From the human T2T-CHM13v2.0 reference genome, Homo sapiens: 64,000 nt of DNA. A program made the translations under genes and the position numbers. Location of the stretch: NCBI RefSeq assembly GCF_009914755.1, contig NC_060926.1; one strand, given 5' to 3'. Below the pieces are notes generated by a model, which was given only the letters and a program-made list of their open reading frames with translations, searched no databases and was not told the origin of the DNA. Shown one piece after another: positions 14,758-28,810 of the stretch; position 1 is the stretch's first letter, and the number at the start of each line of letters is the position of its first letter.

Positions 14758-16879
14758 AAGTAATGACTCCTTCTTTTGAGTTCCTGTAAACCTCTGTATC
14801 TCTATTATTTAAGAGCTCTAAAAGATTGTCTAAGCCATTTCTTTTGTGACATGATTTTCCCTGCTTCCATAAGAAGCACTACTTGCAAAGTCCATGTTTT
14901 TTCTCTCTAAGCAAGTGGTTATATAGTAGAAGAGTTCCTGTTATAAAATCTGGTGACTGAATGCTTGTGAGTTTTAATTTAGAGATTACAAGGACAAAGA
15001 TATATTACATAAGGTGTATTTCATACTGTTCAATTTCCCTCCTGTGTGTCTCCATATCACTGTGGGTTTCTAAGTATGAGCCTTGAGAATATTTGGGTAA
15101 AAGAAGGATTTTACAAGTTTGCATTAATACCATGAAACCAGGTCAGGAGCTGATATCAGAAAACTCTGTTTTGCTACCACATAGATCTATTTGGTTGTGA
15201 ATGATTTGGGCACCATCATTCTGTTCTGTGTTGTGTATGATAATCTGTGGGTATAACTTGAGATGTATAGGCTACCATAGATTCTTCTTCACCATAATTA
15301 CTTTCTTTATAAAGTACTCAGGAATTTTGGGATATTCTATTTTTCTTTATTTTGTAGTTATAATTTCTATTTTCAAAAGGTTCTAAGATGGAAAACACAT
15401 TTAAAAGCAAATTAAGATTGTACAATTATGGATAAAACCAAAGTAGAGACCATACATGTAACTACCACTTGGAATAGATACCAATCTGAATTAACTGGCA
15501 CTGAAACAAAGTTCAGATTCATGGTTTCATGGTTTATTGTATGTGGCAGAAGACGCTCATTTTTCTTTTCAGGAAAATATTGCTAGAATTGAAGATTTTT
15601 TTCCCCCGTGAATTTTTTTTGGAAAATAATAAGCAACAGATATTATCATGGAATGATGTTTTACAAGAAACTGAAATACTGTTCAGTGTGTAGACATTGT
15701 TAATAGCTATAATATAAATCCTAATTCATTAAGGATATTTGCAGGCTGGGCAGTATGGCTGATTTTGTTTGCTCTTCAGTATTCAACAACCCGCTTAATG
15801 CCTACCGTTTGTCATACTGTGCCATACGTTGATGGTTAAGAAGAACATCAAAAATTGTTCTTGAAGCACTCAGTCCAGTGGGAAATTTAGGTAAGCATAC
15901 AGATTGTTAGGGTACAGTGTACTAGGTGTTATATTAGAGACATGTAAACAGTGCTGTTAGAGCCCAATGAGAGGGTATGTCTTCCTGGAGTAGTGGGGGG
16001 AAGGTTCTAATGATAAATGACATTTGAATTGATTCTTACAGTTTGCCAGGTTGAGAGTGGAAAGAAAGGAACAATTTTACAGAAATAATACTCTTGGATG
16101 ATCTAATTTATTTTAGCTAGGAACTTGTACAATCTAGAAAAACAATAATTAACATCCACTGAACTTTTCAATTCAAATATCATATGTCTTCCATCGACCT
16201 TTGGCGATACTTGCAGGCAGTTACTTGGTGATTAAGTTGTCTCAGATGCCTACAGTGCGGACATTCTGGTATATGGTTAAAGCCCAGGAAATATGTTGGA
16301 TGGAACAATGGATGAAAAGAATGAAAGGAGAGCCCTATGTCACAGATGTCACTAAGAGTGGGTGAGGTAGAGTTGTCACCGTGTTAGGAAGACTCGGAAA
16401 TTGATTGATATTTTCAGCCAAATAGATGAGCAGTCCATTTTTATAAAGGCAGCAAAGGGACCTGGAGATAGAGCCAATATTTTCCTCACACAGTAACTTG
16501 GACTCATGAATTACCTGCTCAAACATTTAGCTTGGACTCCAGAGTCTTGCCCTGAACAGCACAAGAGGAATGAGTTCACTCGAAAGAAGTTTAAAGGCAG
16601 TTATTACCAGCTAATCACAACATCCCTGAACTTTAACCAGACCTCTGTAGAGTGTCTGATTTTAAATAGAACTGCTTCCTCATGGTCCTTATGGAATTAT
16701 TAAGCTGTACAATGTATGTCTGAGTAGCTCAGAGGCTTGGCTCATGGAAGGGGTTATTTTAGATGCTTGGTGAATGATTACCCAGTGGAGCTTTAGTTTG
16801 GATGTATTGATGTTGCACTGCTACTTCTGACAATAACTAATCATGCTCAAAAAGACTTCTTAAGTCTCTTCTTGTTCAG

Positions 16880-17830
16880 AGATTCAGACCTTTCTTTTGA
16901 CCTCCAGAATCATGTATCTACCTGCCCACTTGAGTGCTCTCTTGGTTATCTCATAGCTATCTCAGGCCTAAACAGGGTCATTTATAAATCTTATTCTTCA
17001 CCAACTCCTCCAGATTTATTTTGCCTTTTGTTACGTGCCCCTCTTATTAACTGTACCCCATTCACTTAGTGACTCAAGCTGGAAACAAGGTACAAATCCT
17101 CCCCAGCCCTTAAGTCTAACCAGTCAGTTTCACTTAATATTTCTGACATTTGTCCACCTTTCTTCATTCAACGTGCCATCGACCCCATCTAAGCTGCCAT
17201 CATTCACTTGAACTGCTTAGTCCTGGCCTCCTACTGGCTCTCTGCTTTTGCTGTTTCTAATCCGTTCTCCTCATAGCACCTATTGTTATCTTTGAAAAAC
17301 AACGTCATTATGTTATTTATCTGCTTAAAAGCCTTCAATGGCTTCCCGTGGCACTTCAGATAAAATATATTGACCCTGGTCTGCATGTCTAGGCATGATA
17401 TGGCTTTGACTCACATTTCCAACTTCATCTTTTTCTCATTCCTTCTCTTTTACTTTCTCTCTGGCTGTTCTGACTTTTTTCAGCTCCTTAAATGTGGAAA
17501 GCTAATTCCTGCCTTTGAGGCTTCCCTTGTTCACTGTGCCCAGTGTGCTTTCGTCCGCCCTCTGCCTGGCCAATCCTTCTCATTTATTGGGACTCATTTG
17601 TTACTTTTTCCTGAGAGGTTTTTCCAGACTGTCTAATCTAAGACTACCCTCTGATAACCTTTCTCAAGCCTTACCAGAGTTTAAAAAGCTTTGTTTGTTT
17701 CATATGTGTCTCCCCACCATAACACAGTGCTCTCTGGGCATCGCGTCTGTTTGGATTCCCACCGTGCCACCCAGCATGTTGCACAGGGCTTGTACAGGGG
17801 CAGTGCTCCATAAACATTTGTTGAACGAAA
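16880..17830 (+). mobile_element. L2 LINE fragment
   Basis: tggcctcctactggctctc..ctgcttaaaagccttcaatggcttccc..cataaacatttgttgaacgaa, typical of the L2 3' end. Confidence 0.7.
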
Positions 17831-18743
17831 GACTCTTTAATCAAAATAAGAGTTAGTCTGGAAGGGGCATCTTGCCTTTCTCTTTGCAGAAAACGACAGA
17901 GCCTGTGTGTAATTCCTGTGGCGATGTTTGCCAAGTGCTTCCACGGGAATGTCTAGTAGAGTACTAATAGAAGGTCATAAGCTATTGCCGTTTTGCTCTC
18001 CTGCAAAAAAAGCTTGGTGGCATATTCAGAATTTATCCTTGGGAGCCTAACAGACTAAGTTTAGGTCCTGTCTTTGTTCCTGTAAAGCTGTGCAACCTTG
18101 AGCAAGTTAACCAAATTCTCCCGGGTCTATTTCCCTATGTTAAATGGAGAAGATTATGTCTATCCCACATGCTTATTATGAGTATTAACTGAGATTACAT
18201 ATGCAAAGTGTTGAATGGAGTACTTGGCACCTTGTAGGAGTTCAGGCATTCTTTTTCTTATTCCCTTTATATCTCGAGATTAGTGAGGACTCAAGAGGAA
18301 AAGAACTCATTTAATTTATAATCTTATTGTTCTTACTTAATGCATAATTATAGCTGGGGTGCTAACATGAAGGTCAACACCAGTTTAAGAGGAAAACCTC
18401 CTTCTCTGGAGTGCAAATAAGCAATGATGGACTGACCATTTACCAGTAAATAACATTAGACTTCCTCAGAAAGATACACATGAAATTCTCCTTTGCCTTA
18501 TCCCAGGAGTTTTTTTTTAACATTGTCAAATTGTAATAACTAATAATTACAAATAGACTTTTTCCATTGTAGTTCAAGTAGATATTCCATGAAGACAGGC
18601 CATATGAAAACATTTTCCCATATTAGATGTTTCTATATCTAAGAAGCTTTGGCAGTACCATTGAAAACTCTTTATAAAGTCCAAAGCTCTTCAAAGTAAT
18701 TGTCAGCTTTGAGGGGGGGGTGATTAAAATATTAAATATTTTA

Positions 18744-19041
18744 GGCCAGGCATGGTGGCTCACGCCTGTAATCCCCGCACTTTGGGAGGCCGAGGCGGGC
18801 GGATCATCCAGGGGTCAGGAGTTCAAGACCAGCCTGGCCAACATGGTGAAACCCCGTCTCTATTAAGAATACAAAAATTAGCCAGACATGGTGGCAAGCT
18901 CCTGTAATCCCAGCTACTTAGGAGGCTGAGGCAGGACAATTGCTTGAACCCAGGAAGCGGAGGTTGCAGTGAGCCGAGATCGTGCTATTGTACTACAGCC
19001 TGGGCAACAGGAGTGAAACCCCATCTCAAAAAAAAAAAAAA
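18744..19041 (+). mobile_element. Alu (AluS-type)
   Basis: Full dimer with A tail; TSD attaaatatttta. Confidence 0.95.
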
Positions 19042-20374
19042 ATTAAATTAAATATTTTAAAGACAGGTTATTGTAAAATCTGATGGATTAGACTCAAATA
19101 GGTGGCAGATATACTTAAGGCATACCAATCTAGATGTTAGATTGAGTTTAAGGGAAAATGCTTGGTTTAATTTATCATAATCAGTGGTTGATTTTCTATC
19201 ATTAAGTCAGGACAGCATACTCACCTTTGCCTCTGTTAAACTTGTTTCACCCTATAACACAAGACAATAACCATGACCAGGGGAATTGTTTCTCCCTAAG
19301 CCAAGTCCTTCAGAGAGCTAGGAGCTTGAGTATTAAAAGTTCAAGACCTTTGCATTTGTCTGCTTGAATATTGACCCAGATAAGGGACTACATTGTTTAT
19401 TTAGGAATAGGTGTGACTTAGAGTGCTGATGCCAGGGGATAGACAGGATGATAAATAGGTATAATACTTTAATTGACTACTTAGCTCAGTTGTTTAGCAC
19501 ATGAGAACTTTGGGGAGGCCAAAAGAATAGATCTGAATTCTTTCTGAGGCTCTCTTACTCTGCCATGGTCTTTTGCCAAAGATCTCACTTTGCATCCAAA
19601 CCTAGTATCTTAAAAATGTGTATGATTGGTCATTTGGGACATTAGATTCATGACATGTGAAAGTACCTGGGAAAAAATCCATGACCAGCACTACAGAAGG
19701 TGTGCTGTGTTAAGAGGAGGGTTTATACGAGTGCTGATGTCTGGACATCTCTTTTGGCTCATGATTAATTTCCTACTGCAAACTCACCTTCATAAACCAA
19801 TATAGCTCAACTGAGAATTGTGGTTATTAATGTTGACATAAATGTTAACATATGTCCTCAAGGAATACTGTCATCTCACAGAGGGGACAAAAAATAGTTG
19901 CATTGTTGTCTTTTTTTTTTTTAATTCTTTTCCTCATAGTTGTTTATCAAAGTGAGTATAATTTGAATCTATCAGTGATTCTGATCATTGTGTTCTCTTT
20001 TGGTGTTTTCTGTTTTGTGTCTGGTGGGGCTACAGTGCTTTACAAAGAAATTGGATACCTTGTGACCTTTTTGTTGAGTAGAAAGGGAGTCTGCCAAAGC
20101 GACAAGGCATCACCTTTGCTAAAATGCAAGTCTGATTGTTCAAAGCAGATCATCTCACATGTCCCACCATAGAACTTCAGAATTTCCCGCCTCTCATCTA
20201 ACCGATTTGATGTTTAAGTGACTTCTGTGGGTGTTTTGGTTTAATCAGATACTAGGAATTGAGAGAAAGTCATGAAAAAACCATAGTGGTATTATTTGGT
20301 CTGCCTGCAAGTTACCAATTTGGAAGCCTGCTGTGGAATGTGACATCTTTTCTCTCTTTATTTTTTTTAAACAG

Positions 20375-20458
20375 AATGCTATGAACCTACCTCCTGACAA
20401 AGCCAGGTTACTGCGGCAGTATGATAATGAGAAAAAATGGGAACTGATTTGTGATCAG
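20375..20458 (+). CDS. FMNL2: FMNL2 coding exon 2 (84 nt, phase 0-0): [28 protein letters not shown]
   Basis: Pyrimidine tract plus acag acceptor ending 20374; CAG|gtaaga donor; formin GBD motif MNLPPDKA...KKWELI. Confidence 0.97.
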
Positions 20459-20902
20459 GTAAGAAACAGTGACACTTTCTTTTATGAAAAAAGTAATGAA
20501 AGAAGAGATCCAGTGTGAATTTTATGGTATGTCAATATCATGATTGAAAAACAAGATATTTGCTTCTGCGACAGAGATAGGAAAAAAGAAGAGAACTTCA
20601 GAGAAATAACAATATGTTTGTGTGGATCTTCTTTGGATCCCAGTTTGAACAAGCTAATTATTAAAAAGACTTCTTGAGAAAATTGGGAATATTTGATTAG
20701 TGACTGAGATGCTTCCAAGAAATTATTGTTGATTTTGTTTGATCGTAAAGTACATAGAATAATACTGGGCACATAGTAGGTGCCTCTAAACTTGTGTGGC
20801 TGCCTCTGTTGCTGCTGAAGGGCCCAGATATTAAATATTGTGACTGTTACTGTTTTTATTTTCAACTTGTCCTTAAAAGATTCAGAGAAAGTTATATCAA
20901 GT

Positions 20903-21250
20903 TGATATGGTTTGGCTGTGTCCCCACTCAAATCTCATCTTGAATTCCCACATGTTATGAGAGGAACCCGGTGGGAGGTAATTGAATTATGGGGGCAGGT
21001 CTTTCCTATGCTGTTCTTGTGGTAGTGAGTAAGTCTCATGAGATCTGATGGTTATCATAAGGGGGCGTTTCCCTGCACAAACTCTTTGCTCTTTTCTGCC
21101 TCCATATGAGACATGCCTTTCACCTTCCGCCATGATTGTGAGGCTTCCCCAGCCACATGGAACTGTGAGTTCTCCATTAAATATCTTTCCTTTGAAAATT
21201 GCCCAGTCTCAGGTATGTCTTTATCAGCAGTGCAAAAACAGACTAATAGA
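20903..21250 (+). mobile_element. THE1 (THE1C-like) ERVL-MaLR solo LTR
   Basis: Starts tgatatggtttggctgtgtcccc and ends cagactaataga; 5-bp TSD caagt/caaat. Confidence 0.9.
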
Positions 21251-24200
21251 CAAATATATCATTATCTGTTATCCAAACATACTTTGTGGTTTGAATAGCT
21301 GTTATATGATGCTGTCAGAAAAAGCCTCAGCTATAGATTTCCAGTCTAAAAATATTACTACCAACCTTATTTGTGAAGCCTTAAAATTATGACTGTGGGG
21401 TGGTGTTGATATCCAACATACAGGACACCCCCGGGCCCCAATGCCGTGTGCACGCAAATATTAATACAAATATTAATTTTACTTCTTGGATACAAATATT
21501 AATCTTACTTAAGCATATAGCATGGATATAGTATATGTTATTTAGGATACATGTTAACAGGAAAGGTACACAAAGTGATAGATAATGTTAAAGAAATTGA
21601 TTTCCAAAAGAAACTATATAAATAAGAGTGTGAGGACTTATGGAGAAATTATTTCAGGTTTCAGTTTCATGAAAAATTACCATATGGACATGGTGAATCA
21701 TGGAACTGGTCATTGTTTTCCTTGGCTGCTAAGATGCTCAGAGACAGATTTGTGGCCTGAGCCACAAATTTGGTATAAATGCTTATAAGAGACCATTTAT
21801 ACCAACTACACAGTACTTCAATGACATGTGTTTTACCAACCTCATCCATGGCTTCATCTCATTATTCCTGCCTGCATTTTCCCTCCACACTGATATCCTC
21901 ACTGAAAAAAACTTACATGAAGTTGTAAACTTTTGTAAATTATCATTTTGAACAAGATATATTTAAATATATCAGCATTACTGGTGAACAAAGATTATTC
22001 TTGCATTGATAACTAAACTGAAATGTTCTCTATGCTATAGGCATTGTACAAATTAGTGCATTGAATCTGTTCTGCTTCTCTCTAAGGAAGCAAATATGGA
22101 GTGTCACAATAAATGCTTTCTCATGACTTGACTTTATCATGAAGTGGCCGTTCATTATTTAATTTGGGGCATCCATTTTTTCATACTTCTGTATGATTGC
22201 ATTAGTCTATCACTTTGTTTTCTAAGTATTTATTTAAGTGTGTCTCCCTCAAGAGTAAGTTCCTTTAGGATATGGGCCTCTAACAACTTGCTTAGTGCTT
22301 GAAACGTGCTTATTGAAAACATGTTGAATGAAAGAAATAATGGCTAATATGGAAGACAGTGGAGAGGAAGCTTGCATTATTGGCAGAGAGGGCAGAAGGG
22401 AAAAAGCAGTTGAAAGAGGTGGCCTGGAAGACTAAGCAGAAGTTTGCTGTTTCCATATCCTTCTCACCTTCCTCTACCTGTCAGTGTGGTTTGCTTTTGG
22501 TAAAGGAAAGCAATTCACTGCTCATTTTTAGGAATTACTTTAAAGAGAGAAGGATAACATTTTTAAATGTAATAATTCAGTGGTACTAAATACATTCATG
22601 TTGAAGATAAATATTTCTTAATATGACAGATGCTGATAGGAATAGAGAATAAATTCCAGAAATTCTGTCCCAAATTTAACCAAATTAAGATTAAATCCCA
22701 AAGAGCTTTCTATAGTAACAATATTGCAGAAATGCCTCTTGGTCCTTTCCTGACTCATTGCATAAATACAAAGATGACCTGAGCTTCTAGTGGGTCTCAA
22801 AGGTGAAAGTAACATGGGAGACGTGTCTAACTAATTCTGGAGGGAGTGGGGCTACGGAAGCCACGGAACAGAGACATCTGTGCTGGATTTTGGGTGCAGT
22901 GAGGTGTATCCCAGCGTACCCATTTCTGTGTTATAGTAGGTGAACAGAGTTCCCATGAAGACATTATTAATTTAAGGACTCTGTGGGGACACAGAGGCAA
23001 ATTTTGTAGTGTGAGCGTAGAAAGCTAGAAATGTCAGGTTTCTTTGATAACTGCAAATAAAACCCCTGAAGCTACTTAGCTGTAAGAGCTCTTTCAGTGG
23101 CATTTACACTTATGGAAAGAGAGAAAGCCCCTTAATCTCACTTGTGCCTCAGTTTTTGGTGCAGACCCTGTGCTGCACGTTTTGGTTTTGGAGCTTTGGC
23201 CATTTCCCGTAAGTTTAGAACTCTTAGCACAGTGGGTACTGTGGATAAATGCTGGTTTAGGGGGTTTAGAGATCCTGGATGAATTTAGACTTTTAGATCA
23301 TTTATATCTAGAAGGGCTGTTAGAGACCATTTATCCCAAGCCACTCTGACTTTACTTTTTCTATTGAAAAAGTTAACACATGCTTGTCCAAGAAAGCTTG
23401 TGGAGGAGCATGTGGAGTGAGGTGCGCGTCCCTTCGCCTTTCCTATCTGTTTCCCAAGCCCCTTATTTTATAGATGATGAAACTGAGGTTCATAGAGCCT
23501 AAATGAGTAGGCCAATGCCAAGGTCACCCAGATAGTGAAACGAGAACATCTGTTTCCAAACTCTACTCACAAGCTTTTTCATTTGTTGCCTGTTATACCA
23601 GGGATCTGGAAACAAGCCATTGAAGCAAAAATTATAGTAGGTAAGGGTTTCTTACCGAAGTTTTGTGTGTGGCTGCTCAAATGATTTAGGGGGTGCCTAC
23701 AGAACTTACAGGTTGTGGATTCATAACTGTGCCCCTGCTGGATGATCAAGTGGAAGTGGTTAGTCAAAGAATTCAGGACATTGGAGATGACTAATGCAGA
23801 TGGGTGTAGATTCCACCAACATATAATCCAGTCCAGAAGCTGTTAGAGGTGCCATCCCTATGCTGGGTTATAAAAGCTTCCTTCTGTGTTTGCTGTTGCT
23901 GAGGGTGTGATTGGTTATTTTCTGTGGTGATTTGGCATGAGTGGACCTTGCCTCCTGATAGCTGGCTGTTGCTTTGCATAGTAGCCTTGGGGCAAGGGCC
24001 CAACGGAAGGGTGAGACATGGAAAATCTCCCCTTTCTTTACTTATATAAAGCGATGGAGAGAAGCAGATTAAAAAACAAAACAAAAGATGAGCGTGAAGA
24101 GGTAGCAGGAAATTGTAGCCACTTAGACTCAGCTTCCTGTGCGAAGCGTTTCAGGGAGGTCAGACTGCATCTCTCCAGGCTTGGCATGGGTCCTGATCTA

Positions 24201-25239
24201 GGGAAGGGGAAGCCCTCTGCTGCCACTCAGCCGGAGCAGAGTCAGGCCAGTGGCACTAAGAAGCCTCATTACTCTCATTGTGAGAGGTGATCTCTTGTCT
24301 TTTTCAACACAGCTGACCCATACCATATACATGTATTTAATCATTAAGAATATAATTTTTTTTAAACCCTTTACTTGTGGTCAAATACTATTTCTTTAAA
24401 AAAGAAGGGCAGGTTTTTTACTGGAGAACGTGCATCAATATTTAAGCCAATTTGCCATTGGAATTAAATTTTCTAAAACATTAAAGAGCAAATATATCTC
24501 CATGGTTTTTAGTGTTGGTTATTTTTTTTGAAAGTGTTCATGTTTTTGTGAGCCAGTTAAAGCTCTTTCCTGCCTAGTAAACAAGTACTACAGAATCCTG
24601 ATAAATTAGTTCCTGTGGGCCATTCCAGGTAAGGAGGACTTGTCCTTGGAGCACCAGGGGTGCTAAATGAGTAGTGACAGTGGTGGCATTTTTATAGCCT
24701 ATTTTGATGTTGGTGGCTGCTATGTTAGAGTCATTTGAGCAAGCATAGGAAGAGCAGAGACAGTGGTGAAGAAGCTGAAGGAAAAGATGGTGATGCCAGC
24801 AATAACCTTTCCCTGGCCCTTTCCCTCCTTTTTGCTCCTAGACTTCAGACTTAGTCTGCCTTTTAGCCCTGTTTCCCAAGTTCCAGGCTTTGATTCTACA
24901 TTTAGCTATGCTCACTCCTTTCTGGCTTCTCACTCCCAGCTGTTGGGATAGCAGACAGCCATTTCTCCCTCTCCTTCTCCTCCCTTCCTTCTATCCTCTG
25001 GCTAACTGACATGCTTCCTGTACTTAATATGTTAAATTGGTTATATTTTTATCAAGTTTACAATACTGTGGTATGATTAAATGCTATTTTAAAATTATTA
25101 GGTTTTTGCGATCTGTTTAATTCTTTTCAAATTTTGTCTTTTGACCCTTAGTTTTCTCTTATCATTTTGATATCCAGTCTTCCCCCTCTATACATTCATT
25201 CTTTTGATTGTGCATTAGTCAGATTTTTTGTTTGGTATT

Positions 25240-26700
25240 TGTTTTCTAGTTCATCTTTTTTTTAAAAAAATCGGTATGCACCTTATAAAATTTTTCTCTT
25301 GTATTCAAATAAGGTCATCACAATTAAAACGAATAGTAATTTCTTAATATCTCCTGTTGTCCAGTTTATTGTTCTCAATTTTCCTTAAGATGTTCTTCCT
25401 ATCTAGTTTGCTCAAATGATAATCTGGTACAGGATCAGTCACATATTGTATCTGGCCATGTATTCCTTAAATTACTTTAAACTGGAGTAGACTTTTGTTT
25501 ATGATGCTCATGTGGTGAATATAGTAGGCAAGCCCTCTTGTAGAAAGTTTTGTTTTTTGCACTTACCTGTTTCCTAGGGGTGCCTTAGCTCCTGAGTTTC
25601 CTGTTAACTAGAAGTTAGACTTGAAGTCATTACAGATTGATGTTGAACATCTTTGTGAAGAATATCATAGAAAAATAATGTCTGGTTGTCCCATCATTAA
25701 ATAAGTTTGGCCAGTGACAACTTGATGGCCCCATTGTGTAACTGTTTTCCCCTTGTGCTGGAGAGAATTCTGTTTGGTGTCACTTTGTCACCATATATAC
25801 GTCCAGTTACCTATCAACCTTGTACCTAATGGGTTTGAAACCAATTGATAATCTTTTGTTGAATCAGTTTCATTACAAACTGGAAAAAGATTATTTTCTA
25901 ATCTCTCTTTCCTTCTATTAATACAGTAAACTAGTAACTAGAGCTTTCAACTGGGACTTGGTTTATCCTGGAATATAATTATTCCTGGAATTTTTCCCCT
26001 CAATTGCCATTTTTTTAAGTAAGAATTTGGATTAATAGATACCTCATAAGATGACCAGTGGGTTTTCTGTGGTCTCCTTTTTTGAATATCACTACGAACT
26101 CATGAATTTTCATGGGTTCATCATGTTTCAATCAATGTGATATTATTTTTGAGGCTCATATGATCACTTCTTTGATCTATGGGAATCCCTTGGTGCTGGT
26201 TCTTGTGTCCTTTTCACATGACCCTCTTAATCCTTGAGAGCTTGTTTTATGGTATGAAACATATCTTCTTTGTATCTTAACTTGTATCTTCTTTGCCCAG
26301 GCCCAGGATAAATCATTTCTCCAATGATCCCTTTTCTTTTTAGTGGGAGGTAGTATTAGAGATGAGGAAGTGCATGCAAAAGGTTTTTATAGCTGCTGAG
26401 TGAATTTGCTTCTCAGTGTAAGTTTCTAGACCTTGAAAATACAGGTCCAGAATTTATGGATTCAATATTTTCAAATCAATTTTCATTAATTTTCTTAATC
26501 TCTTTGATTTTATAGTTACCTTTCTTTTACAATGAAATGTTTGATTCCTAACAGTAATATAATTATTTACCTTTTTCTATCATATAAAAACTTTCAAAAC
26601 AAATATGAGTATCATTACTACCTAAAACATTACTAAGTAAATTACTGACTGTAGTATAAGGTTTTTTGTAGTTTTCTGTGCACCAAATGATAGGGTAACG
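25240..26700 (-). mobile_element. Ancient L1 (L1M-type) fragments
   Basis: T-rich degenerate sequence with L1M 3'-UTR-like phrases; boundaries approximate. Confidence 0.45.
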
Positions 26701-26709
26701 AATAGATGC

Positions 26710-27169
26710 TATCTTAGCGTCCTACGGCTGCCATAACAAATTACTGCACATTTGGTGGCTTACAATAACAGAAATGTGTTCTCTCATAGACCTGGAGACC
26801 AGAAGTCTGAAATCAGGCTGTTGACTGGGCCTTGTTCCCTCCCAAGGCCCTAAAGGAGATTTCTTCCTTTCCTCTCTTTCCTTCTGGTGTCTCTGGGCAT
26901 TCTTTGGCTTGTGGCTGTGTAAATCCAATCTCTGCCTCCATCCTTACCTGGCCTTCTCCTCGTCTCTGTGTCTTTTCTTGTCTTTTATAAGAACAGTTAC
27001 TGGATTTAGGGCCTACATGGATAATCTGAGATGATCACATCTTGAGATCCTTAACTTCATGGCATCTGCAAACACCCTTTTTTCCACAAATGGTTATACT
27101 CACTGGTGGTTGGGGGAGGAGGTTAGGACATGGCCATATCTTTTGGGGGCCACCATTCAACCCACTACA
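26710..27169 (-). mobile_element. MLT1 (MLT1C-like) solo LTR
   Basis: ggctgccataacaaatta..agaagtctgaaatcagg..gggggccaccattcaacccactaca. Confidence 0.8.
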
Positions 27170-28786
27170 GACACTAAGATGTATAATGATTCACATAGTA
27201 AGGTTTTAATTTACATAATCAGGTTGGATATTGTTGGCCATTGGGGGTCAAATTCTACACAATCAGGGACCCAGGTGAGGCTATTTTCAACACACAGCTT
27301 CCCCTTCACCCTGGGAGTCATCTCTTTCCAGTCAAAGGGAGAAAGAACATGCAAATGCACACCTGGGAAGTCTGTGGGCCAGGCCTGGAATTGGCACATA
27401 TCACCTGCACTCTTACTTGTTGACAAGGACCTGCAAAAAAGGATGAGAAACGGAGACTAGCTGAGCACCCACGGGGAGAAGAAAATGTTTGTTAAACAAC
27501 GACTGCTAGTCTCTGCCACGATTACCAATTTTGATAGTCTTATAGTTCATTTGTTTTAGGTTGTATTCAGTATTAAAACTTGCCCTTATGTATTCATTAA
27601 TTTATTCATTGACTAGGCATTTAGTTTTATAGGTGAGGGAAAGGAAAGAGTGAGGTGAGACATGGAGTGTGGATCTGAGTTTTCCTTATAAGTCAAGGAA
27701 AAGGCTCCAAATGGTTGGTAGTACCAATTTGTTTGTCCCGAGTTCCAGCAATGTACCAGACAAGAATTGGCTGTGGGACGAGATTATTTTTCCCACACCT
27801 CAGAAGAAAAAGAAAGGCATTTTGTATCTTTGCTACTTTCTGCTTGAGATTTCGAAGGGACTCTTCATTTTCTTGAGCTCTCCAAACCTGAGAAAAGGCA
27901 CTGAATTAATTGCTGTTGAAAAGAAGTCAAGTTTCTTTTCATTTCCTTCCTAAAAGCAGTTTCCTTTCCTTTAAGACTCACTCCAGGTCTCTGATTCTTT
28001 GATTCTGAAACACTGGAAAAGCAATCAAATAGCAGATGCCAACTCTTTGTATGTTGAGCTTTTGGAGTTTTGGAAAGTTGGGTCTGAACCTAGAAGTGAA
28101 TTTACATTACGTCTTTCCTCTTCTAGAGGTTTCCTTTGGCCTATAGCTTTCACATGGGAGAGAAAAATGCTGGCCTACCCTACAGAGATTGGAGTCAGGG
28201 GAGAGAAAAAGGGAGAAAGGTAGTGAAAAGAGGAGAGGAAACAATTATCCCTTTTAAAACCATCCTTTTTGGTGGCTTGATAGAAATACTCTGTCAGAAA
28301 TGCTGTTTGGTATTCGTTGCCAGAGCTAGACATCAAGGGCTTAGTCTCGTTTGAAATGTTTAGGCTTTAGAAGGAGCAAGATAAGTGGGGAAGGAAAAAA
28401 AAGAAAAGAAACTTTTAGGCTGTATTTTGCCAAAATGTATATCACAGTGCCTGCCTTCCTGCCTAGCAATACAAATGGAATTATAGATCCCCCACTCCCA
28501 CCCCACCTTTTAAAAATGACTTAATTGCCTGAGCTGGCTTAGACTACGTGGTTGTCTTGTTTAAAGTAAAGTTTATCATATGAATGACTTTTATAAACTT
28601 GAGGACACTGAGGTTGATCTTTGACTATCTTTTAGAAAATCATTGCTAAGCAAATTAAAATGATTTATTAAGGCAGGTTAGCTAAGAATTTCTACCAAGT
28701 GATACAGATACTACCTTATGTCATTTTAACATTTGACTATTTAACTCATACTCTTTGTTTGTAGAAGGCTGTTGTTGCTCACCTTT

Positions 28787-28810
28787 CACACACAAACACA
28801 CACACACACA
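28787..28810. repeat. Interrupted (CA)n microsatellite
   Basis: cacacacaaacacacacacacaca. Confidence 0.8.
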
